Virus record (IMG/VR): IMGVR_UViG_3300045988_175441
Location: 9,959-73,958 of that record
DNA length: 64,000 bases
Reading direction: 5' to 3' (one strand)
Source: a virus
How positions within the stretch are numbered: position 1 is the stretch's first letter; every line of letters begins with the position of its first letter. Made by a program: the position numbers and the translations under genes. Below the pieces are notes generated by a model. The model was not told where the DNA came from. It was given only the letters and a program-made list of their open reading frames with translations, and ran no database searches. Below are positions 26,601 through 37,300 of this stretch, one piece after another.

Positions 26601-26840
26601 TTGGAACATAAACCAAAGGTTACGATAGCTCAAAGGTGGATTTTATCAGAGTTAGAAAAGCATAAAGAAATGACCTTAAAAGAGTTGATGAAAGTAACGG
26701 AGATTAAAGAGACAACTTTGAAAGTCTATCTTAGTCGCTTGATTCAACAGGACTTAATAGTATCTATCCGAATTAGTGGAGAAGAAACTAAATACACGGT
26801 CAAGAAAGGAAAGAAATCAGATGGGAAAAAAGAAAGTTAA
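26601..26840 (+). CDS. Winged-helix transcriptional regulator-like protein, 79 aa (TTG start)
   Basis: GAGGAGG lies 5 nt before the TTG. Contains MTLKELMKVTEIKETTLKVYLSRLIQQDLI. TGGTATAAT promoter at 26555-26563. Confidence 0.55.
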   Translation: MEHKPKVTIAQRWILSELEKHKEMTLKELMKVTEIKETTLKVYLSRLIQQDLIVSIRISGEETKYTVKKGKKSDGKKES

Positions 26841-27918
26841 AGAAAAGTACAAACAACTAAAAGCTAAAGAAAACACGATAGCTGAAATTGAAAAGGTAAG
26901 CGAGCAGGAAGAAACGAAGCATAATTTCTTATACAAGTGTCGCTCATTCTTAGGTCAGACGTTTAACTTAAAGACGAAGCGTGGCAAGATTCTTGCTTTT
27001 GGGCTGACAGCTTGGTTATCAATGGCAATAGGATTCGCTTTATCTAACTATGTGCAGACAGGGAACACGGTAGGGGGAACAGTCGCAACTTACAAAGGGG
27101 GCTATATCCGAGGACGGAAGCTGTACGAATACTACAAGAACTCCCTAGAAGGTTCAAACCTAGTTAAGACTACGCTTTTGTACCAGACTTTCGGTGCGCT
27201 TTATGGCGATAAAATCACAGATGAAGAAATTGAAACAGCACTACCGAACTACCGAAACGCAGGACTAAAGACTTTATTTGAAAAAGGAGACAGTACAGAG
27301 AGTATCAAAACTCTAGTACGTCAACAACTAGCCTTGCAGTATGGATTGAAAACCAATATTGATGTAACCCAAGAAGAAATGGCTGAACGTTGGGAAACCT
27401 TCCACCCTAAAATGAAAGTCCAGATGGTATTAGTGGCAGATGAAGCGCAAGCGAATGATATTGCTACACAGTTAGGTCAGGGAGTTAAGATTGACAATTT
27501 CCTTAAAATGGATCAATCAGGACTGAACGGACAAACAGCAACTATCAAGTCTAACACAGAGCAACTTTCTAGCGAGGAGCTAAAACAACTCCAAAGCACC
27601 AAAGAAGGGGGAGCTACAGTTATTGAAAAAGACAACGTAGCACCAGACGGTTCAATCGTTAAAACCTACTATGTGTTTAAGGTATTAGAAAACCCTGCAA
27701 AGGGCGAAAATATGGAAAGTTGGACTGATGAACTTAAAGAGCAGATTCAGGAAGATAAAGTCCGTATTGGTTTAGGTCAGAAACAAGCGTCCGAAGAAGA
27801 AGTTGCAAAGAATACTAAGGCAGTCAAAGACGCTATCAAGTCTGTATTTAAAGAGCAGGACGTAAGAGTAACTGACGACTACATGAAAAAAGCACTTGCT
27901 GATTATCTAGGAGAGTAA
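26821..27918 (+). CDS. PrsA/SurA-like foldase (membrane-anchored chaperone or PPIase-like)
   Basis: TM after a basic N-terminus. The layout YYKNSL..TLLYQTFGALYGDKITDEEIETAL..LVRQQLALQYGL..VTQEEMAERWETFHPKMKVQMVLV resembles PrsA N-terminal and parvulin-border regions. Confidence 0.5.
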   Translation: MGKKKVKEKYKQLKAKENTIAEIEKVSEQEETKHNFLYKCRSFLGQTFNLKTKRGKILAFGLTAWLSMAIGFALSNYVQTGNTVGGTVATYKGGYIRGRKLYEYYKNSLEGSNLVKTTLLYQTFGALYGDKITDEEIETALPNYRNAGLKTLFEKGDSTESIKTLVRQQLALQYGLKTNIDVTQEEMAERWETFHPKMKVQMVLVADEAQANDIATQLGQGVKIDNFLKMDQSGLNGQTATIKSNTEQLSSEELKQLQSTKEGGATVIEKDNVAPDGSIVKTYYVFKVLENPAKGENMESWTDELKEQIQEDKVRIGLGQKQASEEEVAKNTKAVKDAIKSVFKEQDVRVTDDYMKKALADYLGE

Positions 27919-27921
27919 CGA

Positions 27922-28275
27922 ATGGGTATTTTTAAAAAAGTTAAAAAGAAAATTGACAATACGTTTGATGAAGATACATTACAGAATGACGTATCAAGTG
28001 GAGCGCTAGAAAAAGGCTCTATTCTTTGGGGATTGAGAGCTACAGTCATTGGTACAAAGAGTGTATTGAACGAGGTTGTCGGAAGGACAGTAACGGTTGC
28101 GAACAATGAACGAGATAAGATTATCAACCAACAAGAACCTCAACGACCTCAACCAGAAATTAAAAAGCAGGTTCAAGAGCCTGTAGCCCCTCAAAGCTCA
28201 GATATGTCAGAGTATGACGAATTTGAAGAATGGAAGAAATTTCAAGCTATGAAGCGAGGAAAGGGGAATGAATAA
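27922..28275 (+). CDS. Hypothetical protein, 117 aa
   Basis: ORF in the operon. No motif recognised. Confidence 0.55.
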   Translation: MGIFKKVKKKIDNTFDEDTLQNDVSSGALEKGSILWGLRATVIGTKSVLNEVVGRTVTVANNERDKIINQQEPQRPQPEIKKQVQEPVAPQSSDMSEYDEFEEWKKFQAMKRGKGNE

Positions 28276-29156
28276 TGGCAAACGAGGTACAAGAATACCA
28301 ACAAGTCCAAGAAAACGAATTTGACGTTATTGAAATCCCAAAGGGAGATTGGACTGGGGAAAGTCTAAAACATGGTTTGGTAAACTCGTATTTCTACTTT
28401 GATATTTTCAAAAACCTAACCAATGGTAAGCCTATTAAAATTTTGTGGGCTGGGTTCTCCTTGATGTTAGTCTTTGCGACAATTTTCATGGCAACTCTAG
28501 CCTTCCAATGGACTTCTACAGTCTCAGTTTTTAGTGGTATTATTTCTGCAATCCTCGTAAGCATAACGCTTCTTTGGTTGGCATGGTTGAATATCAAGCC
28601 TTCTAGCGATACAACTTTATTGATTGATAGTATCCGTACTTTCTTTTACTTGGTAAAATCAAAACCAAGCCTGAACAACCTACGTTTTAAAGCGCAGGTC
28701 AAGGGAAATCAGATTGTTTTTGATAACGGTAAGAGCTATGGAGAGGTTTATGTGGTAGAGGGTGTAGTCAACAAGTCCATGCTTTCAAGAGACTTAGTTG
28801 CTATCTACACAGACCTTGAAAACTTACTACCCAACTTGGGAGAAGTCACAATGATCCAATCAAGCCAGATTGAACGTGTTGAGTTTACTAGTTTGAAAGA
28901 ACACTATAGAGAAATCAGACAGAACCCTAACAGTACGAAGTTGCAGAAGAAGTTGGCTCAGATTAAGAACCGACGTGTAGTTGATGACTTAAAGAATGAG
29001 TTGACGCAGAAGGAAGTTGTATTCTTTGTAGCAAACAAGGAAGAAGAACTATCAAAGGGCAGACAGTTTTTGAGGTCTGCTTCTGAAAAAGGGGTTATCG
29101 CAAGCTATGCGCCTATCTCACAAAAGAACCTAGAAAGGATATTAGATAGACTATGA
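28275..29156 (+). CDS. T4SS-associated membrane protein, 293 aa
   Basis: Two TM helices (LMLVFATIFMATLAFQW and VFSGIISAILVSITLLWLAWL). Translationally coupled on both sides. Confidence 0.6.
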   Translation: MANEVQEYQQVQENEFDVIEIPKGDWTGESLKHGLVNSYFYFDIFKNLTNGKPIKILWAGFSLMLVFATIFMATLAFQWTSTVSVFSGIISAILVSITLLWLAWLNIKPSSDTTLLIDSIRTFFYLVKSKPSLNNLRFKAQVKGNQIVFDNGKSYGEVYVVEGVVNKSMLSRDLVAIYTDLENLLPNLGEVTMIQSSQIERVEFTSLKEHYREIRQNPNSTKLQKKLAQIKNRRVVDDLKNELTQKEVVFFVANKEEELSKGRQFLRSASEKGVIASYAPISQKNLERILDRL

Positions 29157-31081
29157 AATCTATTGTTAAAGAATATGCCCTAGACTATCTAATCAATGGG
29201 CGCTATAGAAAGTATTTGTATGTGTTTGCCCCTTACGGACGAGGACTACAAATGCAGGCAGAAGATATTATCAATCTCAAAGGCTTCCCTGTTATCTCAG
29301 GCTGTACGGTAACAACATGGAATAAGCTCCAACTCCTAAAACCAGAAGAATATCGTAAGGAAATGAAAGGTTTAGCCAATCTGGTTAAGGTCAACGACCA
29401 AGACTTGCCAGACGGTGGGCTTGCAGGAGATATTAAGTGGGCTACGAATCGTCACAGCGCCATGTATCTTGCTGAACAGTCTGACGACAAAATGTCAGGT
29501 GGCTTGTATGTTTGGGAAATCGTTGTTACAGCTCTTTCCAGAGAGAAGTTGGATCGCCAAATTGAAGTTATCCTAAACCGTTGGGGTGGGGTTGATAACT
29601 ATATCAGTAAGAAATACAACCCTATCCAATACTTTGAATTGGTTGATACAGTAGGAACTAACAAGTACAAGCGAGGAATTTTATTCAATCCTCTAATCGT
29701 TACTGAGAAAGTGAACACTACTACGCTAGAGAACTATGCGAAGTTGTGTTTCTTCCAACGAACTACGCTACAAGATGAATTAGGAGAAGAATTTGGATAT
29801 GATTTTCTAGCTCCTTCTCAGATTGGGGAAGATGGCAACTCTAAATATCCAAAAGTCCTAATTGACGCAAAGAACTACCTCAACAAACTAGGTATTGTAG
29901 CAATACCACGCTCATTTTCACGCTTTGATTATGTCTTTAAGGACGTTTATCAAGATGAAGCAGAGACTATTAAGAAACCTCAGTCACTAGCGAGCGTAAC
30001 AAGTCAGCAAGTGGCTAATCAATTCTTGATGGAAGGTAAGAAAGTAGTCCATATCGTCCTAAATGACTTTGACTACTTTAAATTAGAAACCCCTCATAAT
30101 CGAGACACTAAGCAGTTCCAGAATACGATTATCGAGGAAACGCAGATTATTGATGGCTCACGAATTAGTATCAATCCATTACAGCCTTTTGCGAAGAACA
30201 GAACGGAAGAAAAGGAAGAAGAAATCCCTGCTTATGGTCGCTCTAAGAAGAAATTTAATACCATTATCCAAACCTTGATTTACTACCAAGGCGAAGATAC
30301 AGGGATAGTTGATGAAGTCTTTGACGAGCTGATGGAAAATGAAGCGCTTTGGAACAGAGATAATGACGTGATGGTTGACCGTAGGAACTATCTGCAACAA
30401 CCTGCAAGTAAATATCCTGCTTTTGACCGTGCTATCACGCGCTTTGAGACCAAAGAAGCTAACCTACGCAGGGATATGAAGATTGATGAAGCAAAAGAAG
30501 TCGCTCAGATTAAGAGACGACTAGAGAGCTTCTTGACGAATAATAGGTCGCTGATTGGTTCTAAGACAACCCTTGAATTAGACGAAAGCAAGGTCAACTA
30601 CTACATACGACTAGACAAACTTGATACTCTACAGAAAAATATTCAGGTTATCAATCTAGTTGACTTTGTGACAGAGTTCTTAGGAGCAGGAGACCTGATG
30701 ATTATTCACGGTGCAGAGGTTTTAGATGTCCGAACTTATGAGTATCTAGCTGAACAGTTTGAGCGTACCTATGATAAGAAGGTGCGAGTGCTATTGAGTT
30801 ATGACGTTACGGATTCATTGAAACCAAGCACGAAGAACTCTTTAGGTTCATCTAACGTATTTACTCTTACTAAGCGCCTGTATGAAGAATTTAACACAGG
30901 GGTTGACTGGTCGTTCGTAGGTCGTATGAACAATTCAAGGAATTACGAGCAGTTAGTAAAGGCTGAACTCCCAACAACAACAAAGGTTGATATTGAATTT
31001 GAAGGGGGAGTAGGACGTGCCTTATTCAATCGTCCTGCAACAAGATCATTTTACTTGATAGGAGTTAAACCGATATGTTAA
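29153..31081 (+). CDS. Large soluble T4SS-cluster protein, 642 aa; possible degenerate VirB4-like protein (no P-loop seen)
   Basis: Occupies the position and roughly the size of Gram-positive VirB4 (TcpF/Orf16). I find no GxxxxGK[ST] motif anywhere in it. Confidence 0.35.
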   Translation: MKSIVKEYALDYLINGRYRKYLYVFAPYGRGLQMQAEDIINLKGFPVISGCTVTTWNKLQLLKPEEYRKEMKGLANLVKVNDQDLPDGGLAGDIKWATNRHSAMYLAEQSDDKMSGGLYVWEIVVTALSREKLDRQIEVILNRWGGVDNYISKKYNPIQYFELVDTVGTNKYKRGILFNPLIVTEKVNTTTLENYAKLCFFQRTTLQDELGEEFGYDFLAPSQIGEDGNSKYPKVLIDAKNYLNKLGIVAIPRSFSRFDYVFKDVYQDEAETIKKPQSLASVTSQQVANQFLMEGKKVVHIVLNDFDYFKLETPHNRDTKQFQNTIIEETQIIDGSRISINPLQPFAKNRTEEKEEEIPAYGRSKKKFNTIIQTLIYYQGEDTGIVDEVFDELMENEALWNRDNDVMVDRRNYLQQPASKYPAFDRAITRFETKEANLRRDMKIDEAKEVAQIKRRLESFLTNNRSLIGSKTTLELDESKVNYYIRLDKLDTLQKNIQVINLVDFVTEFLGAGDLMIIHGAEVLDVRTYEYLAEQFERTYDKKVRVLLSYDVTDSLKPSTKNSLGSSNVFTLTKRLYEEFNTGVDWSFVGRMNNSRNYEQLVKAELPTTTKVDIEFEGGVGRALFNRPATRSFYLIGVKPIC

Positions 31082-32070
31082 ATAATAATCTTAAAAGGCT
31101 ATCTCCTCATATCAGTAAAGCAATAAAAGGTGGCTTTGCCTTCCTGATGGTAGTCTTTACAACCTTCTTTATCGCTTATAGTGTTATTGAAGGGCGTAAG
31201 GCTCTAGGAAACTCACAAACACCGATAGGAGAGACGCTACAATTTGCACGTTCAGGAGCTAATATCATAGTCAAGAACTACTACACAGACAAGAATCAAG
31301 ATGTGTTGATTGCTACGCTTGAAGTAAAAGAAGGCAATAGCAAGTTACCAACTAAGGCAAGTGACTATTGGGTAGTCACTACCTCAGATATTGGTGGACG
31401 TAGCATACCTACTTACTTTGGGCGAATGAATACAGACGGAGACTTTTATATCATTATCCCTTATCCTAAACAGCAGACCTACACGGTTGCTATCTACAAC
31501 ACTACTACAAGTGGTGGGGATATAAGTTCTAGTGGAGACCAACTAACTATTGGTACAGGAACGAATAGTAAAATCGTATCAGATATTACAAGTGACCTAT
31601 TGAAGAACGTAAACAATCAACAGGCTCAGAAAGTAAAAGAGACTGATATTATCGCTTTGAACATGACCTTAAAATCTGCATTACAAGATGACGCTAAGTA
31701 TAAAATCACTACCCTTGATGTAGATAGTCTATTGTCGCAAGACGGAGACACAGTAGCCTTTGATTTTAGGAAGTTCTACACGCTTGCTTATCGTGACCTA
31801 GCTGTATCAGTCGCAAGGGATAAGGTCAACAGCTACACAGAGGAAATTAAAGCTCTCAATGATAAGTTGAAAGAGGTCAGAGAAACCCTAGACCGAAATC
31901 CGAATGATGAAGTCGCTATCAATCAACAAAACACGATCAATGATAGTATCGCAAGCGCTCAGGATAATCTTGAAAAAGCGAACCAAAACTTAACAGAGAT
32001 TAAGAAACGCTTTAACTATGACGAAAGTACCTTTAGTGACTATACAACGAAGATGTATTCATTGAATTAA
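31075..32070 (+). CDS. Membrane-anchored T4SS-cluster protein with C-terminal coiled coil
   Basis: TM GGFAFLMVVFTTFFIAYSVI, and a heptad-like C-terminus. Confidence 0.6.
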   Translation: MLNNNLKRLSPHISKAIKGGFAFLMVVFTTFFIAYSVIEGRKALGNSQTPIGETLQFARSGANIIVKNYYTDKNQDVLIATLEVKEGNSKLPTKASDYWVVTTSDIGGRSIPTYFGRMNTDGDFYIIIPYPKQQTYTVAIYNTTTSGGDISSSGDQLTIGTGTNSKIVSDITSDLLKNVNNQQAQKVKETDIIALNMTLKSALQDDAKYKITTLDVDSLLSQDGDTVAFDFRKFYTLAYRDLAVSVARDKVNSYTEEIKALNDKLKEVRETLDRNPNDEVAINQQNTINDSIASAQDNLEKANQNLTEIKKRFNYDESTFSDYTTKMYSLN

Positions 32071-32091
32071 AAAAGAAAGGAGAGCTTAATT

Positions 32092-34326
32092 TTGGTAACT
32101 GTAGGAAAAAAGAAAAAGCACCACAAACCAAAAGGAAAGTCCAAAGAAATAGACGAAAAGTTTTCTAAAGCAGTTCATGTGAATAGTTCAGGACGACAAC
32201 AACTAGTGTTCAACTACGATACCAAAGTTGTTTCTTGGAACAACAAGGTAAGGGAATACAAGGAAGAACTTGAAAAGGGTTCAGGAACAGAAAGTAGCTT
32301 GTTTCGTAATGAGCAATTTAAGAAGCTGTTAGATGACTTTAACAATGAGTACAAGGATAGTTTGATTATTCTCCCCCCCTATGATGGAAATTTTAGGGGG
32401 CGTGAGAATGAATTGAAAGCAATCAACGATACAATAGCTAATACCCTAGAGCCTACACGAATAATTCTTGGAAATGCAGGTACAGGGAAAACAACTATTG
32501 TCCGTGAAGCGACAAGACGGATCAATTCAGGCGAAATGACAAACAAGATGGGTTATAATCTTGTAGTTGTGGAGCTATCCTTACTAGCTTTGCTAGATGA
32601 AGGGGATAGCAAGTTCACAGCAACACTAGCTGAAATGATACCTAAAATCCTTGGACTAGAGCAGAAGGCAAGAGAGTTCCTAAATGACGAAAACATAAAA
32701 TTTGTTCTCTTTATTGATGAAGCACACACTCTTACTAAGGCAGTCCAGAAGGAAAATGGAGAGAGTAATGGTGCTGACGTTTTGAAACGTCATATCAAGC
32801 CAGAAATTGGCTCTTTGATTCTCATTGGCGCTACAACGCTTGAAGAATATCGCTATTACATTGAAACCAACCAACCTTTCAAGGAGCGCTTCTCAGAGAA
32901 AACGATTCTACAGGACTTTTCAAAAGAAGAAGTAGAAGAAATCGCAGTCGCTCATTGGGAATACTTGATGAAGCTCAGAGGAATAACTAATTCAACGCTA
33001 TCCAGAGAGCTGATACGCTTTATTATCCGTGTAAATGCTAGAGAAGATTTAATGAGTGCTGAACCACGGAAAACCAAGCAATTTCTACAGAGTTTGGACG
33101 CTCACTCCTTTAACGTAGGAGAGACACCTGACTACCAAATGGTCGTAGAAGTCTTTAGGTCGGCTAAGAATATCACAGCAGAGGTTGTTCCTGATATTGA
33201 GAGTGCAACCAAAGCGATAGATGAACGTATTAAAGGTCAGTATGCTTCTAAGTATCTATTGAAACGTGCGTTAGTATCACGATACGGTAATCTATCCAAG
33301 AGTGATAACAGCCCCTTCTTATCGTTACTAGAACTTGGACCAACAGGTGTAGGTAAGACAGAAACAGCTAAAGTCCTCAACGAGTATATCTTTGGTGGAC
33401 TTGGTAAAATCGTTCTTCTGAACTGTTCTAACTATGCCTATATCGAAGGTGGGGTTGAAAAGTTCCTAAAAGAAGCAGGGGAACAGGTGGGAGATAGTGA
33501 GTTTGCTATCCTTGTCATTGACGAGGTGGAAAAAGCTATCCCTTCCAAAGATAACAAGGTTATCAGTTCTTTGCGTGATGTGTTCCTAGACCTCACAGGA
33601 GAAGGTATCTTAAAGTATGCTCCACGCTTTGGTGGAGTGGATAGAAAGACCTCTTTAGCAAAAGCTATCGTTATCTTTACCTCAAATGCAGGTTATGAAA
33701 TCTTTGAAGGGAATGACAAGTTCTCAGATAACACGATAACTAAAAATACTCCTGAAAATGAAATCAGACGGATCATGTTCTCTATCGTAAATGAGTTAGA
33801 GAGCCATCTACACGAAAAGTACAACTTTGCCAGAGAGTTCTTTGGACGTTTAGACGCTACACTACCGTTTACGTCTTTGACCGAGGCAGACGCTATCGAG
33901 TTGACCGAATTGTTCTTGGATAAGTATATCCAGAACGCAAAAGAGCAAGAGAACATAGAAATCAAAATTGATGATAAAATAGAGTATAAGAGTACACTTG
34001 TTCGTGGCTTAGAAGATGGAGAGGTAAGGGAGTTTTATCCACTTGCTGTTACTCTATCCTCTTACATAGCGAATATGCGTGATAGCTCTAAGGGTGGAGC
34101 AAGGCAAGTTCAAAAAGTCTTTAACAACTACCTAAATGTGTTGATTGGGGATATTAAGTTGAAACGTAAAGGTTTTAAAGAACCTAAGACAATCAAGATT
34201 TATCCACGCTTGCTTGAACCAGACACAGGAAATGTTGTTCAGGATAAAGAAGAACAGAGAATGGTTCGCTATGCTCTAAAGCCTAATAGAATGGAGGATA
34301 TAGAGATATTCTATGAGGAGATTTAA
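32092..34326 (+). CDS. Clp/Hsp100-like double AAA+ ATPase (no N-domain or M-domain evident)
   Basis: D1: LGNAGTGKTTIV, VLFIDEAHTL, and IGATTLEEYRYYIETNQPFKERF (compare Clp IGATTxxEYRKxIEKDxALxRRF). D2: LGPTGVGKTETAKVL, ILVIDEVEKA, IVIFTSNAG. TTG start 9 nt after AAGGAG. Confidence 0.75.
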   Translation: MVTVGKKKKHHKPKGKSKEIDEKFSKAVHVNSSGRQQLVFNYDTKVVSWNNKVREYKEELEKGSGTESSLFRNEQFKKLLDDFNNEYKDSLIILPPYDGNFRGRENELKAINDTIANTLEPTRIILGNAGTGKTTIVREATRRINSGEMTNKMGYNLVVVELSLLALLDEGDSKFTATLAEMIPKILGLEQKAREFLNDENIKFVLFIDEAHTLTKAVQKENGESNGADVLKRHIKPEIGSLILIGATTLEEYRYYIETNQPFKERFSEKTILQDFSKEEVEEIAVAHWEYLMKLRGITNSTLSRELIRFIIRVNAREDLMSAEPRKTKQFLQSLDAHSFNVGETPDYQMVVEVFRSAKNITAEVVPDIESATKAIDERIKGQYASKYLLKRALVSRYGNLSKSDNSPFLSLLELGPTGVGKTETAKVLNEYIFGGLGKIVLLNCSNYAYIEGGVEKFLKEAGEQVGDSEFAILVIDEVEKAIPSKDNKVISSLRDVFLDLTGEGILKYAPRFGGVDRKTSLAKAIVIFTSNAGYEIFEGNDKFSDNTITKNTPENEIRRIMFSIVNELESHLHEKYNFAREFFGRLDATLPFTSLTEADAIELTELFLDKYIQNAKEQENIEIKIDDKIEYKSTLVRGLEDGEVREFYPLAVTLSSYIANMRDSSKGGARQVQKVFNNYLNVLIGDIKLKRKGFKEPKTIKIYPRLLEPDTGNVVQDKEEQRMVRYALKPNRMEDIEIFYEEI

Positions 34327-37300
34327 GAAAAAACTAGGTAACATACTATTGTTGTCTTGCTTACTGTTTTCAACAGGGGTAACAACAATGGTATCTACCT
34401 CTCATGTGGTTTATGCAGATGATGACGGCAAGGCAAAAGTGCAACCTGCTGAAAAGGTTAAAGAGGTTGAAATAAAAGCCAACCCTGAGCAAAAGAGAGG
34501 GGCTATTGCTTATGCTATGTATCAAGATATAGGTGTTGGTGTTACTCAGAGGGTTAAATTTCAACCATATTTTAATATTGCAGGTGGTTCTCCTGTCCTA
34601 GTTGGGATCAATTCAGCGAACCAAGCCTACAGTCCTGCAAAGATAGGCGATGAAGGTGGTGGTAGTGACGCAAAAATGAGTTATTTTAGTGCTTCCAAAA
34701 TTGGAAGTAGTAAAAATACAAATGCCCTAATCGCCCAAGATGAAGCCTATATGAAAACCTTTTACAAGGCAGAAGATGGGTACTGGTATGAGGAAAAATC
34801 AGGAGATAAGTTACTTGCCTACCGACCAGTAAAAGTAAGTTCTCATAATTTGGAAACAGGGAATCCTTGGAAGTTAGAAGATTTTTCTAATGATGTGGAC
34901 GCTTTCCAGAACGCTCAAAAAGGAACTATGTTTGTGTTTGTTCCAGTAGCAGATATTAAAACAAAGAACGCTACAGCAGGGGTATTCTTTGATAAAAGTG
35001 GTAGCTATTCTGTACGCTCTAAATTAGTTGAGAAGAAAGAGAAGAAGCAAAGTCAAGCTGACCGTAAGAAAACTCAACAGGACAAGCAGAAGGCTCTAGC
35101 AGAGGAATTTGCGTCATCATACCCTAACGTGGGGGATAGACCTTCCACAAACACGCTCCTAGCGTACATTATGTATACTAAAGGGGGTTCAGGAGACGAC
35201 GCTATCAAGGATATTGACCTATCCTATGGAGAAATCAAGTATTATCCTGCTCCTTCAAGCAACGTACTAGTGAATGATGACGCTTATAAGTCAAACGAAG
35301 CAGTCAGAAAGTACGCAGGAAACGGAGAGACTAAAGGGGCTTATATCCCTAACTCAATCAACATGGCAGGCAGTCCACAGCCAGAAGGTAAGACACTTGC
35401 GAATATGCTTAAAGTGTACGGTGGTTGGGGCTTTATCTCAGTTAGTGCGACAGCAACAGATACAAACTCAACAACAAGTAACAACCTTGGTTCAATCCTT
35501 GGAGATATTTGGGATAATAACAACGGTTGGTTTGGGGTAATCGGAAATGTCATCTTGACTATCCTTGCTCCTGCTCTTTGGATAATAGCTATGGTATTTG
35601 ACGTGTTCAACTCAGTAGCTAATGCCTTCCTTGGATTTGTAACAGGATTGGGAAATATCTTTGGCGATCCAATCGGAATGATTTTCTACAAGGCAAAAGG
35701 AGAATCAGGTTCGGATAACTGGTTAGTGAACTTGGCAGTCAATTTGAAAGACTACTTCTTCACGAATGAGTTTATCGCAGGTATGGCAGAAACCATTAAC
35801 GCTTACCGTAATTGGATATTCTTTGTCTGGTTGCTAATTGGGTTATTGTCACTCATTTATCGAATGACTTTCCGTAAAGGTAAATACGGACAAGCTATGA
35901 CTAAGTGGTTCTTTAGAGTATCTGCACCAGTCGTTATGATTATCCTAGCAGGTATTGTAACAGGTTCTACAGTCGCAAACGGAGCAGGCTATAATCAACA
36001 GCAAGACGCAAGCGATAAAGAGATTGATATGCTCAAATATGCGGTAGCATTTAACTTGGACTTGCGAGAAGCCTATAACTTTGCAGGTAAAGATGGAGCG
36101 CCTAAATATCAAGAACTGATTGATAAGGACGATATAGATATTTCTACTTGGAATATGTCATCTAAGCAGATTAAAGACCTCAATCAGAGAATCGAAGCTA
36201 AACTTGGTTCAGAATTATCTGCTGACCTAAGCCAACATAACACGCAAGGGGCTACGTTTGATGTCAATACCTATCTAAGTGGTATTGCACAGGCAAGCAA
36301 ACTAGCAAATGCTCAACGTACAGGAAACTCAGTCGCTTCTAATGACCTTCCTGCTGATTTTGTTAAGAATGGCTACATGAGTTACAAAATCGAAGGAGAG
36401 AACAAAGAAAAGACTAAGTTCACTATCTATGGTGCGCCAATGCTTAAAATAAGTGGTGGCTCACAACAATCTGCTGACTTTGTGCCAGTTGGTTATCAAT
36501 TTGACGGTTATCCTTATATCTTCACTCAAAATGACGCAAGTATTAAGCGTCAAGAAGAAGAAAGCGAAAGCGCAAGTGATGAAAACAAGTCCACAGAGTA
36601 CGCTTATCTTTCAGGTACGTCAAACGCAAAAGATCCAAATTATAAGAAACAGTTTTATATTGGATTCTACGGTGTCTATTGGGAAGCAACGCCTGTTTCT
36701 CTATCACAACCTTGGACTTACCTCTATGGTGCTAACACAAACAATAACGCAATCACAGAACACCCTTCAACCTATATGTACGGTGCAGGGAAATCTACTC
36801 AGATTGCAAACCTTAGAAAACAACAAGGTTCTAACCTAGAAGATGATGATAAAGCTCCAGAATCTGTAACAACTCCTCAAATGAGCGAAGATGGGAAAGG
36901 CTACAAGTCAGAAGGACGCAAGCATTATTTCTATTGGAAATATATCAACGCCTACAACCTTGCATTGATAAATAAGTATATGGGTACGAAGTCCGATATG
37001 GACGTATCAGACCTACAATTATCAAACCAATCAGTCGTGTTCCTTCTTCAATCACAGCTCAAAGAGACAGAGTTGCGCTATTATGCAAGCAACCTTAACC
37101 ACTCAGATTCAGGTAAAGGTAAATCAAGCTCTAAGACACCATTTATCTATAACCGATTCATCACTCCTCAGAAGTCAGATGATATTGCTTCTGTTAAGAT
37201 TAGTGGGTTCTTTATCACACTTGCCTACACAATTATCCTGATGACTTACGTTAAGACACTTGCTACAATCAGTATTAGTGATTACATTGTCGGACGTTGG

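Noticed and set aside
32373-32379. A C7 homopolymer inside the Clp-like ATPase gene, considered as a possible slippage switch.
   Set aside because: The gene is in frame (ILPPYDG), the tract is short, and nothing else suggests phase variation. It is noted only as a site to inspect in reads.
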